Shown: positions 9,717-19,543, counted from the first letter of the stretch. The stretch: 29,839 nt of DNA from Halalkalibacterium halodurans (GCF_004376175.1 NZ_SNUY01000015.1:32411-62249), one strand, 5' to 3'. Numbers and translations are program-made. Notes: generated from the letters alone by a model not told the origin.

Positions 9717-10544
9717 CTAAATGAGGGTCATGGTTTTATGCTTTGTACTTGAACGATAGTCGCCTGGAGAGATCCCGTAATGTTTTTTGAAGACACGATG
9801 GAAATAGGAATACGAACCGAAACCGCAATCTTCGGCAATATGTTCGAGTGTATAGGTCGTATGTTTTAAAAAGTCGATCGCTACAGCCAATTTAATTTCA
9901 TGGGCGTACTCGATCATTGTTTTTCCTACACTACTTTTAAAAAGATGTGCCGAACGGGAGACACTTAATCCTGCATGCTTCGCCACATCTTCCACTTTTA
10001 TTCCCGTGATCGCATTTTCCTCAATATATCTCATCATTCTCGTAACAGTATATGGCCTGCTTGACATTGACTTTGTTTCCATCGCTGCTCTTTCCAAAGA
10101 GAGGCATAGGGTTTGCACTAGGTAATGAAGAATTTCGTCATTTTTTTCAGAAACAGAACGTCGATCTTCTAAAATCATGCATCTCCATATTGCCATGATG
10201 TTCTCATCAAGATCGATTGTACTAACGGAAGGCTTCTCTGATCGTCTCCACCATGCATCGATCCAATCACCTTCACAGAGCAAATGATAATCCCCACTAT
10301 TGTCGCCGTCTTCTACGATTAATTCGAACATATCTTCAGGATTTGTTAACAAAAGGTCTCCTTTTTCTAATTGGAACTCCCTTTCATTCAATTTGACCTT
10401 ACATGTTCCTTCGGTTTGCAGGCGAAGAAGATAACCTGGTACTCCCGTTTTAAATTCCATATAGAACTTCTGGGCATGTAAGGAGTACCCACAAAATTTA
10501 ATATTCACAGAGAACCAGCCCCTTCCAGAAACAGAAAATAGCAA
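9717..10544 (-). CDS. AraC-family transcriptional regulator (cupin N-domain plus HTH)
   Basis: The C-terminal AraC HTH is present (VEDVAKHAGLSVSRSAHLFK...SYSYFHRVFKKHYGISPGDYR). The gene is divergent from the sugar operon. The start is uncertain: TTG 10544 has no RBS, and an out-of-frame ATG at 10552 hints at a possible N-terminal frameshift. Confidence 0.75.
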   Translation of the reverse strand: MLFSVSGRGWFSVNIKFCGYSLHAQKFYMEFKTGVPGYLLRLQTEGTCKVKLNEREFQLEKGDLLLTNPEDMFELIVEDGDNSGDYHLLCEGDWIDAWWRRSEKPSVSTIDLDENIMAIWRCMILEDRRSVSEKNDEILHYLVQTLCLSLERAAMETKSMSSRPYTVTRMMRYIEENAITGIKVEDVAKHAGLSVSRSAHLFKSSVGKTMIEYAHEIKLAVAIDFLKHTTYTLEHIAEDCGFGSYSYFHRVFKKHYGISPGDYRSSTKHKTMTLI

Positions 10545-10674
10545 AATTGTTCATGTTTTGATTGTATCATCTATGTAAAATCTGAACGATGGCTATTATG
10601 ATGTAATCAAATAGGTAATATTAAGTTGAACTCGTAGCTCTGCTCGTAAACGATTATGGAAAGGAGACTCCTCC

Positions 10675-11841
10675 ATGGGATCGATTAAGGTTGGAATGAT
10701 CGGCTACAAATTTATGGGAAAAGCGCATAGTCATGCATATCGTGACCTCCCGATGTTTTTCCCAGACCATCTTCGTCCTGAAATGAAGGTCATTTGTGGA
10801 CGGAATCCAGAAGGGGTTGCACAGGCTGCGTCTCAATATGGCTGGGAGGAATACACGACTAACTGGAAGGACCTTATTCGCCGAGATGACATTGATTTAA
10901 TCGACATTAACGCCCCGAGTGATGTCCACAAAGAAATTACCCTTGCCGCCGCACAAGCAGGAAAACACATTTTTTGCGAAAAACCGTTAGCGCTTACATT
11001 ACAAGATTCACGCCACATGTTAGAAGCAGTTGAAGCTGCTGGAGTGAAGCATATGATCGGCTTCAATTATCGATTTACTCCCGCCGTCCTGTTAGCAAAG
11101 AAATTAATTGCCGAAGGAAGATTAGGCGATATTTATCATTTCCGCGCATGGTTTTTACAAGATTGGATTGTCGCTCCCGATTTCCCTCTCGTATGGCGAC
11201 TACAAAAAGACATTGCTGGCTCCGGTGCCCATGGAGATTTAGGCGCCCACCTTATCGATATGGCCCACTTTCTGATTGGGGACATAACCGAAGTAATTGG
11301 AATGAATGAAACCTTTATTAAAGAACGCCCGCTTCCTACGGAAATGACCGGATTGTCAGGAAGGGGAAGTAACGACTATACAGCACCAAAAGGACCAGTG
11401 ACAGTTGATGACGCCACCTTGTTTATGGCACGATTTGCCAACGGTGCTTTAGGAAGCTTTGAGGCGACTCGCTTCGCTACCGGACATCGAAGCACGAACT
11501 CGTTTGAAATAAACGGTAGTAAAGGTAGTGTTATTTTTGACTTTGAACGGTTAAATGAGCTGCAGGTTTACTTTACCGATGATCAAGATGACGTCCAAGG
11601 CTTCCGCAGAGTATTGGCAACAGATGGGGCACATGCGTACTCTGATCGATGGTGGCCAGCTGGACACACGATCGGGTATGAGCATACCTTTATCCATGAA
11701 ATCGCCGAGCTAATGGAATCCTTACAAGAAGGTCGGCAACCTGTCCCCAACTTCAAAGACGGCGTTAAATGTCAACAAGTTTTAGAGGCCGTCGATTTGT
11801 CCATTGCAAAACGTGAATGGATCCAAGTTTCTGATCTTTAA
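10675..11841 (+). CDS. Gfo/Idh/MocA-family NAD(P)-dependent oxidoreductase
   Basis: N-terminal Rossmann motif (IKVGMIGYKFMGKAHS), EKP motif (IFCEKPLA), and RBS GGAAAGGAG. Confidence 0.9.
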   Translation: MGSIKVGMIGYKFMGKAHSHAYRDLPMFFPDHLRPEMKVICGRNPEGVAQAASQYGWEEYTTNWKDLIRRDDIDLIDINAPSDVHKEITLAAAQAGKHIFCEKPLALTLQDSRHMLEAVEAAGVKHMIGFNYRFTPAVLLAKKLIAEGRLGDIYHFRAWFLQDWIVAPDFPLVWRLQKDIAGSGAHGDLGAHLIDMAHFLIGDITEVIGMNETFIKERPLPTEMTGLSGRGSNDYTAPKGPVTVDDATLFMARFANGALGSFEATRFATGHRSTNSFEINGSKGSVIFDFERLNELQVYFTDDQDDVQGFRRVLATDGAHAYSDRWWPAGHTIGYEHTFIHEIAELMESLQEGRQPVPNFKDGVKCQQVLEAVDLSIAKREWIQVSDL

Positions 11842-11863
11842 CTTATAGATGTGGAGGTTTTTG

Positions 11864-12592
11864 ATGATGCCGAAAAAAGCACTCATCGTTTGGGGTGGCT
11901 GGGATGGCCATGAACCTGAGCAAGTGGCGCATATTTTTAAACAGACCCTCGAGGAAGAACAGTTTCAAGTAGAAGTCTCGAACACTCTCGAATCCTATGC
12001 AGATGCGGAAAAACTTAAATCCCTAGATTTAATTATCCCTCATTGGACGATGGGGACCATTCCTAAAGAGTACGTCCACCATATTTCCGAGGCGATTCAA
12101 AGTGGCGTCGGAGTCGCCGGATGTCACGGCGGCATGTGCGACGCTTTTCGCAACAACGTGGATTGGCAATTTATCACAGGCGGCAGCTGGGTTGCCCATC
12201 CAGGTAATGACGGGGTTGACTATACCGTTCAGATCAAACATTCTTCCAGTTCACTTCTTGAAGGGATTGAAGACTTTAACGTTTGCAGCGAACAATATTA
12301 TTTACATGTAGACCCCGCAGTCGAAGTACTAGCCACCACCCGCTTTCCTATTATTGAAGGCCCCCATTCCACTAACAAGGCAGTGGATATGCCTGTTGTC
12401 TGGACGAAGCGCTGGGGGTTGGGACGGGTATTTTATTGTTCATTAGGTCATCAAGCAAATATTGTCGCCATGCCTGAAGTCACAACAATCATGCGGCGCG
12501 GTTTCTTATGGGCTGCGGAAGGAAAGGAACGATATTCTCGTTTGTATACGGAGAAGAAAGAAACCTATACTGGCATGGGCGATAGTCAATAA
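11864..12592 (+). CDS. ThuA-domain protein (trehalose-utilisation-like)
   Basis: MMPKKALIVWGGWDGHEPEQVA... is typical of ThuA. I chose ATG 11864, 6 nt after GGAGG, rather than the track start of 11849. Confidence 0.8.
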   Translation: MMPKKALIVWGGWDGHEPEQVAHIFKQTLEEEQFQVEVSNTLESYADAEKLKSLDLIIPHWTMGTIPKEYVHHISEAIQSGVGVAGCHGGMCDAFRNNVDWQFITGGSWVAHPGNDGVDYTVQIKHSSSSLLEGIEDFNVCSEQYYLHVDPAVEVLATTRFPIIEGPHSTNKAVDMPVVWTKRWGLGRVFYCSLGHQANIVAMPEVTTIMRRGFLWAAEGKERYSRLYTEKKETYTGMGDSQ

Positions 12593-12618
12593 CACTAGCT
12601 ACCTACGGAGGAGACAGG

Positions 12619-13728
12619 ATGAGAATCATTAAGGCAGGTCTCATTGGTTGCGGAAATATTAGTTCGATTTACTTTGAAAACGTTCATCGGTTCAAACATC
12701 TGACCATAGTCGCATGTGCCGACTTACATCTTGAACGAGCACGAGCTCAAGCAGAAAAGTATCGCATTCCGAAAGCTTGCACGGTTGCAGAATTATTGGA
12801 AGATCCCGAAATTGAGCTAGTGATCAACTTAACCATCCCTCAGGTACATGCAAAGGTTTGTATCCAAGCGTTAGAGGCGGGAAAACACGTGTACACAGAA
12901 AAGCCTTTAACGATCACCCTAGAAGAGGGACAGAAACTATTGAAGAAAGCGAAAGAAACAGGACTACTCGTAGGGTGCGCACCAGATACCTTTTTAGGAG
13001 CAGGGATTCAGACATCGATTCAAGTGATTGAAAGAGGAGAAATCGGGACACCAGTTGGAGCCTCCGCCTTCATGATCAGCCGTGGCCATGAGCACTGGCA
13101 CCCTGATCCTGCCTTCTATTACGACGTTGGGGGCGGACCAATGTATGATATGGGCCCGTATTATTTAACAGCCCTCACCGCTTTGCTAGGTCCTATGGCG
13201 CGAGTATCGGGCTCTGCTCGAATAACTTATCCAGAGCGAACCATTTTAAGCGAGCCAAAGAAAGGCACAAAAATCAAAGTGTCAACCCCGACTCATATTT
13301 CAGGTGTGATTGACTTTGCCAATGGAGCGATTGCTAGCATTACGACAAGCTTTGATGCCTTCGGTGGCTCTGCCCTTCCACCAATTGAGGTTTATGGCAG
13401 TGAAGGTACCTTGCTCGTTCCAGATCCAAATACGTTTAATGGGCCGGTTCAATTGAGAAAACGTGATGAAAGGGAGTTTGTAGAGGTCCCTTTAACCTAC
13501 CACTATACTGAAAACAGTCGCGGGATCGGTGTCGCCGATATGGCTATGTCTCTTCTTACCGGGAGTGACTATCGGGCAAGTGGCACGATGGGATTCCACG
13601 TGCTAGAAGCCATGCACGGGTTTCACATGTCTTCTACGTCAGGGCACCATTATCAAATGAAAAGCACATGTCGTAAGCCAGAGCCATTGCCAGTTGACTT
13701 TCGCTTTCCCTATGCAGAGACAACTTAA
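12619..13728 (+). CDS. Gfo/Idh/MocA-family oxidoreductase
   Basis: IKAGLIGCGNISSIYF Rossmann motif, VYTEKPL motif, and RBS GGAGGAG. Confidence 0.9.
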   Translation: MRIIKAGLIGCGNISSIYFENVHRFKHLTIVACADLHLERARAQAEKYRIPKACTVAELLEDPEIELVINLTIPQVHAKVCIQALEAGKHVYTEKPLTITLEEGQKLLKKAKETGLLVGCAPDTFLGAGIQTSIQVIERGEIGTPVGASAFMISRGHEHWHPDPAFYYDVGGGPMYDMGPYYLTALTALLGPMARVSGSARITYPERTILSEPKKGTKIKVSTPTHISGVIDFANGAIASITTSFDAFGGSALPPIEVYGSEGTLLVPDPNTFNGPVQLRKRDEREFVEVPLTYHYTENSRGIGVADMAMSLLTGSDYRASGTMGFHVLEAMHGFHMSSTSGHHYQMKSTCRKPEPLPVDFRFPYAETT

Positions 13729-13734
13729 TATCTA

Positions 13735-13773
13735 AATCAACCTTCCTCTGCTAAATCAAGAGGGAGGTTGATT
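13735..13773. terminator. Very strong 15-bp hairpin between convergent operons, terminator-like but with no clear U-tract
   Basis: AATCAACCTTCCTCT (13735-13749) pairs with AGAGGGAGGTTGATT (13759-13773), with one G-U and a 9-nt loop. Confidence 0.45.
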
Positions 13774-13893
13774 ATCTGCAAACATGTCTGTTTTATAAAA
13801 TCGCTGCCATGGCGATAAAATAGGATCAAGAAACCCTTCAGGGGGAAAGCCGTTGTCTTAATGACAGACTCCCCCCTTTCCCCAAGCTCCTCA

Positions 13894-14748
13894 TTACACC
13901 CCTGAATAAGCAGAGAAACCGCCGTCCACCGGTACGATAACTCCATTGACAAAGCTAGTCGAGGAATCCACGAGCCATAACAGTGTACTAATCAGTTCTT
14001 CTGGCTTTCCGAATCGTTCAGCAGGCGTCTGACTCAAAATTTTATTCGCTCGATCCGTGTAAGTGCCATCGTCCTTTACTAATAACGAATAGTTTTGCTC
14101 GGTTAAAAAAAATCCTGGCGCGATCGCATTGACACGGATTCCAACTTTCGAAAAGTGAACCGCTAACCATTGGGTAAAGTTACTGACAGCGGCCTTGGCT
14201 CCACTGTAGGCAGGAATTCGTGTCAGAGGGGTAAAGGCGTTCATTGAAGATATGTTGACAATGCTCGCCCCTTCCTTGCCGAGCATATCTTGACTAAACA
14301 CTTGGCAAGGGATCAATGTCCCTAAAAAGTTCAACTCAAACACATGGCGAATCCCATCGGCATCTAGGTCAAAGAACGTACGGACGTCTTGATCAATCCC
14401 ATGTAAGTCAGCCTCTCGCAAATAATCGAGCTGCGTCGTTCCTTTCGGATGATTTCCTCCAGCGCCATTAATCAAAAGATCGCACGTACCTAATTCCGTT
14501 CGAACCTGCTCCCGTGCTCGTTCCATGTCTGTCTTGGCCAGAACATCAGCACTAATAGCGATGGCTTTCCCGCCATTGACTGTTATCTCGTTCACTATAG
14601 CTTTTAGCTTGTCGTCCGTTCTTCCGATAACGGCCACCTTCGCCCCACATTTGGCCAGCGCTAAACAAAATTCTCGTCCAAGCACACCACTTCCACCTGT
14701 CACAACAGCGACCTTATTTGTTAAATCAACTTGAAATGATAACTCCAT
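13894..14748 (-). CDS. uxuB: SDR-family oxidoreductase, D-mannonate/fructuronate oxidoreductase-like
   Basis: TGGSGVLG cofactor motif and YSGAK catalytic motif. I start it at ATG 14748 (MELSFQVDLTNKVAVVTGG), preceded by AAGGGGGA, not at the track start of 14817, which would overlap uxuA. It lies immediately downstream of uxuA. Confidence 0.75.
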   Translation of the reverse strand: MELSFQVDLTNKVAVVTGGSGVLGREFCLALAKCGAKVAVIGRTDDKLKAIVNEITVNGGKAIAISADVLAKTDMERAREQVRTELGTCDLLINGAGGNHPKGTTQLDYLREADLHGIDQDVRTFFDLDADGIRHVFELNFLGTLIPCQVFSQDMLGKEGASIVNISSMNAFTPLTRIPAYSGAKAAVSNFTQWLAVHFSKVGIRVNAIAPGFFLTEQNYSLLVKDDGTYTDRANKILSQTPAERFGKPEELISTLLWLVDSSTSFVNGVIVPVDGGFSAYSGV

Positions 14749-14788
14749 TCCGATCCCCCTTGGCTTGCCCATCGTTAGAAGCTTTTCT

Positions 14789-15826
14789 TTATGACGAAAC
14801 GGCTTCCCAAATTCCATTTAAATACGTCGCCCCTAATGCTCGATCATAAAGACCGTAGCCCGGCCTCCCCTTTTCTCCCCAAATCATCCGACCGTGATCT
14901 GGGCGAAGTGGGCCGGTAAAGCCGATATCATGATACGCTTTTAACATAGCCACCATATTGACGGAGCCCGCTTCCGATAGGTGGGCTGACTCTTGGAAGG
15001 AGCGAGGACCTGTTCTTTTGATGTTGCGGGCATGGGCAAAATGAATTCTTCCTTGCCCGCCGAAATGACGGATCATTTCTGGAAGGTCGTTTGCTTCATT
15101 GGCACCTAGCGACCCTGAGCACATAGTGATTCCATGGTTCGGACTATCGTAAAGGGATAACAATCGCTCGAGGTTTGCCTTGTTCGTTACGATGCGCGGC
15201 AAACCAAAAATCGACCATGGCGGGTCATCTGGATGGATCGCCATCTTGATCCCAACTTCATCGGCCACTGGCATAATCGCTTGAACAAAGTAGGTAAGAT
15301 GATCCCACAAATCCTCTTCTGATATTTTCTTATACGCTTGCAGGACCCCTTTTAAGCTTTCATTTTCATAGCTTGTGTCCCATCCAGGCAGCTCCAATTC
15401 TCCTGAAAGCGGGTTTGTTCGGCTAATCACGTCCTCTTCATAGATCAAAGCTTCTGAGCCATCTTCCAGCTTGAAGTCGAGCTGAGAGCGGGTCCAATCA
15501 AACACGGGCATGAAATTGTAGCAAACAGTGTCAATCCCGCATTCTGCTAAATGACGAAGAGTTTGCTTGTAATTTTCGATATACCGGTCCCTTGTCGGTT
15601 TTCCTAGCTTAATATCCTCATGTACAGGAACACTTTCAATCACATCCAACGTTAATCCGTGCCGCTCAATGTTGTTTTTTAACGCGAGGATTTTTTCTTT
15701 TGGCCACACTTCTCCTACGGCCACATCATAGATCGCTGAGACAATTCCTTTCATGCCTGGAATTTGCTTAATATACTCAAGCTTGACCTTGTCTGACGGC
15801 CCAAACCATCTCATCGTAAGTCTCAT
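14789..15826 (-). CDS. uxuA: Mannonate dehydratase
   Basis: [34 protein letters not shown]... is the characteristic UxuA N-terminus. 345 aa. The start overlaps the upstream stop (ATGA). Confidence 0.92.
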   Translation of the reverse strand: MRLTMRWFGPSDKVKLEYIKQIPGMKGIVSAIYDVAVGEVWPKEKILALKNNIERHGLTLDVIESVPVHEDIKLGKPTRDRYIENYKQTLRHLAECGIDTVCYNFMPVFDWTRSQLDFKLEDGSEALIYEEDVISRTNPLSGELELPGWDTSYENESLKGVLQAYKKISEEDLWDHLTYFVQAIMPVADEVGIKMAIHPDDPPWSIFGLPRIVTNKANLERLLSLYDSPNHGITMCSGSLGANEANDLPEMIRHFGGQGRIHFAHARNIKRTGPRSFQESAHLSEAGSVNMVAMLKAYHDIGFTGPLRPDHGRMIWGEKGRPGYGLYDRALGATYLNGIWEAVSS

Positions 15827-16280
15827 AGTCGAACAGTCTCCTTCATGTCGAAATAGTCAACTACGTTGTTGTAGCATATGTCTTGGACGATCTGCCCCCA
15901 CCGCTCCATGTCAGGTGGAAGCTGCCCTTCCTTGATCCAAGAGCCGATCAACTGACAGAGGATTCTTCTAAAATAGTCATGTCTTGGGTACGATAAAAAG
16001 CTCCTTGAATCAGTTAACATGCCAATAAAATTACTTAGCAGTCCGACACTCGCTAAATCGGTTAGTTGTCGTCTCATTCCATCGATATGGTCGTTAAACC
16101 ACCATGCCGAACCAAACTGAACCTTCCCTCTGACGCCACTTTCCGTAAAGTTCCCAATCATAGAAGCAAGAATATAGTTTGCATTTGGGTTCACACAATA
16201 CAAAATCGTTTTCGGTAGCGCACCTTGCTTATCTAATAAATCGAGTAATTTCGCTGTTGCGTGTGCGATTTGTCCATCGC
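15823..16280 (-). pseudogene. uxaC: 3' fragment (about the last third) of glucuronate isomerase
   Basis: The C-terminal half of track ORF 15823-16707 reads ...LPKTILYCVNPNANYILASMIGNF...VQFGSAWWFNDHIDGMRRQL...IGMLTDSRSFLSYPRHDYFRRILCQLIG...ICYNN. This is the conserved UxaC C-terminus. The N-terminal two-thirds or so of UxaC is absent. The upper boundary is approximate. Confidence 0.8.
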
Positions 16281-16707
16281 CATATGAATCCGTTCCCCCC
16301 TCCTCAAACCAACAAATAGAGCCTGCACTAATACCAGCTAACAATATGCCTTCTTTCCACGCTTTCCTCAAGATTGAATCAAGCCCCCACTCTTTCCATA
16401 AAATGAGCAGGTTTTTCGTATTCCCACCGCCTACATAAAGAATTTCTTTATCTAAAAGATAGCTTTCCAAGTCTCTCGTAGGTGGTCGGAACAATGACAA
16501 ATGGGAAGGCTGACAGTCCTGTTTACCGAAAAAATCATAGAATTTAGTGATGTAATGCTCTGAATCACCACTTGCTGTCGGGATGAAACAAATTTTGGGG
16601 TTCGCTTTTGTACATTGATCCAAGATGTATGTATCCAACAGTGGATTCTCGGGTTCCATGGAAAATCCTCCACCCCCGAGCGCAATGATCTGTTTCAATT
16701 GGTTCAT
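16281..16707 (-). pseudogene. 5' portion of an S51 peptidase E-like gene, fused in frame to the uxaC fragment
   Basis: The first 140 or so residues match the S51 peptidase E / cyanophycinase-like family: ALGGGGFSMEPENPLLDTYIL...KICFIPTASGDSEHY...ILYVGGGNTKNLL...LLAGISAGSICWFEEGGTDS. The S51 C-terminal region is missing. Confidence 0.75.
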
Positions 16708-16814
16708 TCCTTTCGTACAATTTTTTATGGTTTTGACACTATTTCTATGGCTTTTGTGGCCGTTCCTTCTTGCAATAAATAAAAAGTGTTGCTACTGGCC
16801 TTTCTTAAAATGAG

Positions 16815-16850
16815 ACAAAAAGAGCCTTTCAATCGTTCTCGAAAGGCCCT
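16815..16850 (-). terminator. Rho-independent terminator after the S8 protease gene
   Basis: On the minus strand, stem GCCTTTC / GAAAGGC (16841-16847 / 16824-16830) is followed by CTCTTTTTG. Confidence 0.7.
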
Positions 16851-16857
16851 TTCCTCT

Positions 16858-19134
16858 TTATTCTACTATTCTTCTTTTTGATTTTCGTAAAAGTACAAAT
16901 CCTATCAACAGTAACAGCGCGCCAATCGCAAGCGAATTGTACAAATTTGTAGCAGTCTTCGGCAATGTTCCATCCTTGTTATTTTGCTCGTTACTTTCCT
17001 CAGCTTGAGGTTCGCTTCCTGTCCCGTTTTTCGACGTCCCTCTGTTTGTAGTACCCTCAGTTGTAGAGTTTCCATTGGTTTTTCCTCCACTTATCGGGGT
17101 CCCGCTCTTTGTTTTCTCAAAGACAGCTGAATCAAACACTGTGTATGTGCTAAAGTGATTTGTCCTCGCTACAATAAAACCCTCTTGATAGTTACCGCCA
17201 ATTTTCTCCCACTCATTAAGGGATTCGTTCCAGTAATAAATCTTTAAGTTATTGACGTTTTTCTCTTGATCTACTCGAAAACCCATTTCGATTTCCTCAT
17301 CAAAGTGACGAACCTGTTGTCCATTTTGAATGATTTTGAATTGATATACCGTGCTTTTCGCCTGTCCTGCATACGGAATTCCTTTGCCTACTACACGTTC
17401 AAATTCGATGACAACATCGCCTACTTTAAAGACCCCGTGCGGGATGACAAGTTCAAGATCATGTTTTGCAATGACAAGGGTTATCCCTCGATCCTTGAGT
17501 TCCTTTACTTGATCAGCCGTTAAAGCTAAACGAGTCAAGTCATCTAGAGCGGAATCAAAGAACACAACCAATGTTCCATTATCAAGTACGGAAGCCACAT
17601 CCGCATTTGAGACGATCGCTACTCCCCCTAGATTGACTGGTTTGACCTGCACACGTGCTGCTTGTTTTCCTTCCTTCTCTCCAGTCGGTGGCGCTGAATC
17701 TGGATTCTTTGATTCTTCATTTTCTTTTCCATCAGACGGCTGCTCTTGCGGATCTTCTGCTGGACTCTCTTCGTTCTCTTCTTCATCTGGCGGCGTGGAG
17801 CCTTGATCCTCTGACCCTTCATTTTCTTTTCCATCAGACGGCTGCTCTTGCGGATTCTCTGCTGGACTCTCTTCGTTCTCTTCTTCATCTGGCGGCGTGG
17901 AACCTTGATCCTCTGACCCTTCATTTTCTTTTCCATCAGACGGCTGCTCTTGCGGATCTTCTGCTGGACTCTCTTCGTTCTCTTCTTCATCTGGCGGCGT
18001 TGAGGAAACATATTGAGCGAGTCCATAGCCATACAAGCGATCATGCCCTTCAGAACCTAAGTCGAGTGACTGTTCAACTAACAGTGCTCGGATTTGTTGG
18101 CTCGAAAGCTCAGGATGTTTTCCCATCAGAATGGCAGCTAGACTTGTGACATGAGGCGTTGCTTGAGACGTACCACTCATAAACACATACTTGTTCCCAG
18201 GGGCTAACCCTCCAATCAAATGCCCAGGTGCTGCTAATTCATTTTCTACCCCTGTCGCCGAGGTATTCGTCCGCTTCATCTCCTTATCCACTGAAGCCAC
18301 TGCAATGACTTCATCATACTTCGCCGGATACTCAATCGTTTCACCAGAACCGTCAGCTTTTCCACCATTTCCGCTTGCCGCCACCACTAAAATTCCTTGA
18401 GCAACCGCTTGTTTAATCGCTGTATGGACGGCTGGTACTTCATTCGTGTAACCTAAACTCATATTGATAATATCCATGCCCTCTTGAATGGCCCAATCAA
18501 TTCCTGCTATAAGGTTAGATGTATTGCCTCCCTTTTCTTGGCTAAACACTTTGACGCCATACAATTGAACATCTGGGGCAATCCCTTGGTGAAGCGTTCC
18601 TTCACGGGCCCCAATAATCCCTGCTACATGAGTACCATGTCCATGATGATCGTGCGTGTAAGGCTCGCCTTCAAAGACAGAATGACCGCCAGCATATGTA
18701 ATATCTTGGTGTCCATCAAAGCCTGTGTCGAATACAGCCACCTTTACACCTTTCCCTGTATAACCGTCATCCCATGCATCAAACGCTTTGACCATATCAT
18801 TGTTCCAATCATGCTCCCCAAGCTCGCGGGTATCAGACATTAATTGAAGCGGTTGATCCAGTGAAACCGATACTACATTAGGGTCTTCCTTTAGTCGCTC
18901 CACCTCACTAACGGGAACTGTCATCGTTTTGATCGGCAATGTTTTCATGGTCTGTTCGTTTTCATAGACTGAGAGACGAGAGTCAGGCGATTCTGACACT
19001 ACATCCTTGTAGGTGACAATGATATCTACTTTTTCTTCTTCATCTGTATCTGCGAACGTTCCAACAGGAACAAGCAAGTTCACTAACAGAACAATACTCA
19101 TGATCGCTGACCATCGTTTAAGACGTTTGTTCAA
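16858..19134 (-). CDS. Cell-wall-anchored subtilisin-like S8 serine protease
   Basis: Signal peptide, an I9-like propeptide, and the catalytic triad motifs VAVFDTGF, HGTHVAG and GTSQATPHV. These are followed by an acidic repeat linker, a beta-rich domain, then LPKTA plus a hydrophobic helix plus RKSKRR, a sortase-type sorting signal. I favour TTG 19134, 6 nt after GGGAGGAG. The track start of 19152 lies within the RBS. Confidence 0.9.
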   Translation of the reverse strand: MNKRLKRWSAIMSIVLLVNLLVPVGTFADTDEEEKVDIIVTYKDVVSESPDSRLSVYENEQTMKTLPIKTMTVPVSEVERLKEDPNVVSVSLDQPLQLMSDTRELGEHDWNNDMVKAFDAWDDGYTGKGVKVAVFDTGFDGHQDITYAGGHSVFEGEPYTHDHHGHGTHVAGIIGAREGTLHQGIAPDVQLYGVKVFSQEKGGNTSNLIAGIDWAIQEGMDIINMSLGYTNEVPAVHTAIKQAVAQGILVVAASGNGGKADGSGETIEYPAKYDEVIAVASVDKEMKRTNTSATGVENELAAPGHLIGGLAPGNKYVFMSGTSQATPHVTSLAAILMGKHPELSSQQIRALLVEQSLDLGSEGHDRLYGYGLAQYVSSTPPDEEENEESPAEDPQEQPSDGKENEGSEDQGSTPPDEEENEESPAENPQEQPSDGKENEGSEDQGSTPPDEEENEESPAEDPQEQPSDGKENEESKNPDSAPPTGEKEGKQAARVQVKPVNLGGVAIVSNADVASVLDNGTLVVFFDSALDDLTRLALTADQVKELKDRGITLVIAKHDLELVIPHGVFKVGDVVIEFERVVGKGIPYAGQAKSTVYQFKIIQNGQQVRHFDEEIEMGFRVDQEKNVNNLKIYYWNESLNEWEKIGGNYQEGFIVARTNHFSTYTVFDSAVFEKTKSGTPISGGKTNGNSTTEGTTNRGTSKNGTGSEPQAEESNEQNNKDGTLPKTATNLYNSLAIGALLLLIGFVLLRKSKRRIVE
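17698..18003 (-). repeat. Three tandem 102-nt (34-aa) near-identical repeats inside the protease gene
   Basis: STPPDEEENEESPAE(D/N)PQEQPSDGKENEGSEDQG occurs three times, with the last copy diverging at its end. The period was read from recurring ATTTTCTTTTCCATCAGACGGCTGCTCTTGCGG about every 102 nt on the plus strand. Confidence 0.9.
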
Positions 19135-19220
19135 TAGAAACTCCTCCCTCAATAAAGTTTAATTTTCTCGCTAATACTCATGTATTCTCCAAATTTCACT
19201 AACACCAAATAGTAATCTCA

Positions 19221-19233
19221 CCAGTACTACTGG
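19221..19233. promoter_or_regulatory. 13-bp palindrome CCAGTAcTACTGG in the protease upstream region
   Basis: Read directly. It lies about 90 nt upstream of the protease start, between the gene and the proposed IS end. Its function is unknown. Confidence 0.2.
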
Positions 19234-19269
19234 ATAGAAGTAGAACGAATTAAAATTTCTTACAGGGGA

Positions 19270-19505
19270 TAATCCATCCTAACGTCCAAACTGGTATAGT
19301 TTGGTAATTGAGTAGTATGACCGTGCCTATAAATCTCCACGCTACTCACGGTCGCTAACCCTCCCATGTCTCTCCGGATTGGTATCCATACCTTCCTTCG
19401 TCCTGCGTATCCATGAGGTGGAGGTCGGATAAGCTCCTTTGCTGGGTCATAAGCCCGTATGGTGAAAATAAACTCCGACTCTGCACTATTGGTGTTTGTT
19501 ATTTG
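19270..19505 (-). ncRNA. Candidate IS110/IS1111-type bridge (guide) RNA or other structured RNA in the IS right end
   Basis: I read no ORF longer than about 31 codons on the plus strand or 25 on the minus strand. Several helices are present: 19286-19292/19298-19304, 19319-19325/19347-19353, 19405-19412/19427-19434, and alternatively 19421-19429/19474-19481. A TATACT -10-like hexamer sits at 19513-19508. The extent and the existence of a transcript are unverified. Confidence 0.35.
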
Positions 19506-19543
19506 TAAGTATACAGATGATGCACGGCTTTACATGGAGTGGC

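Noticed and set aside
13737-13952. Track ORF on the minus strand (71 aa) downstream of uxuB
   Set aside because: It spans the intergenic hairpins and overlaps the uxuB 3' end in another frame. There is no RBS.
17628-18149. Long ORFs on both strands (17628-18044 minus, 17655-18149 plus) overlapping the protease gene
   Set aside because: They exist only because the 102-nt tandem repeat lacks stops in several frames. Their products are low-complexity (KKRTKRVQQ..., LHFLFHQTAALAD...). The S8 frame carries clear catalytic and sorting motifs.
19270-19500. Possibility that the structured region is a group II intron fragment, a riboswitch for the protease, or a fragment of RNase P RNA or tmRNA
   Set aside because: There is no GUGYG 5' end. 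There is no domain V-like 34-nt hairpin with an AGC triad; the GACCGTG...CACGGTC hairpin does not fold that way. The length is far too short for an intron. I saw no resemblance to the Bacillus RNase P, tmRNA or c-di-GMP riboswitch cores as I recall them.
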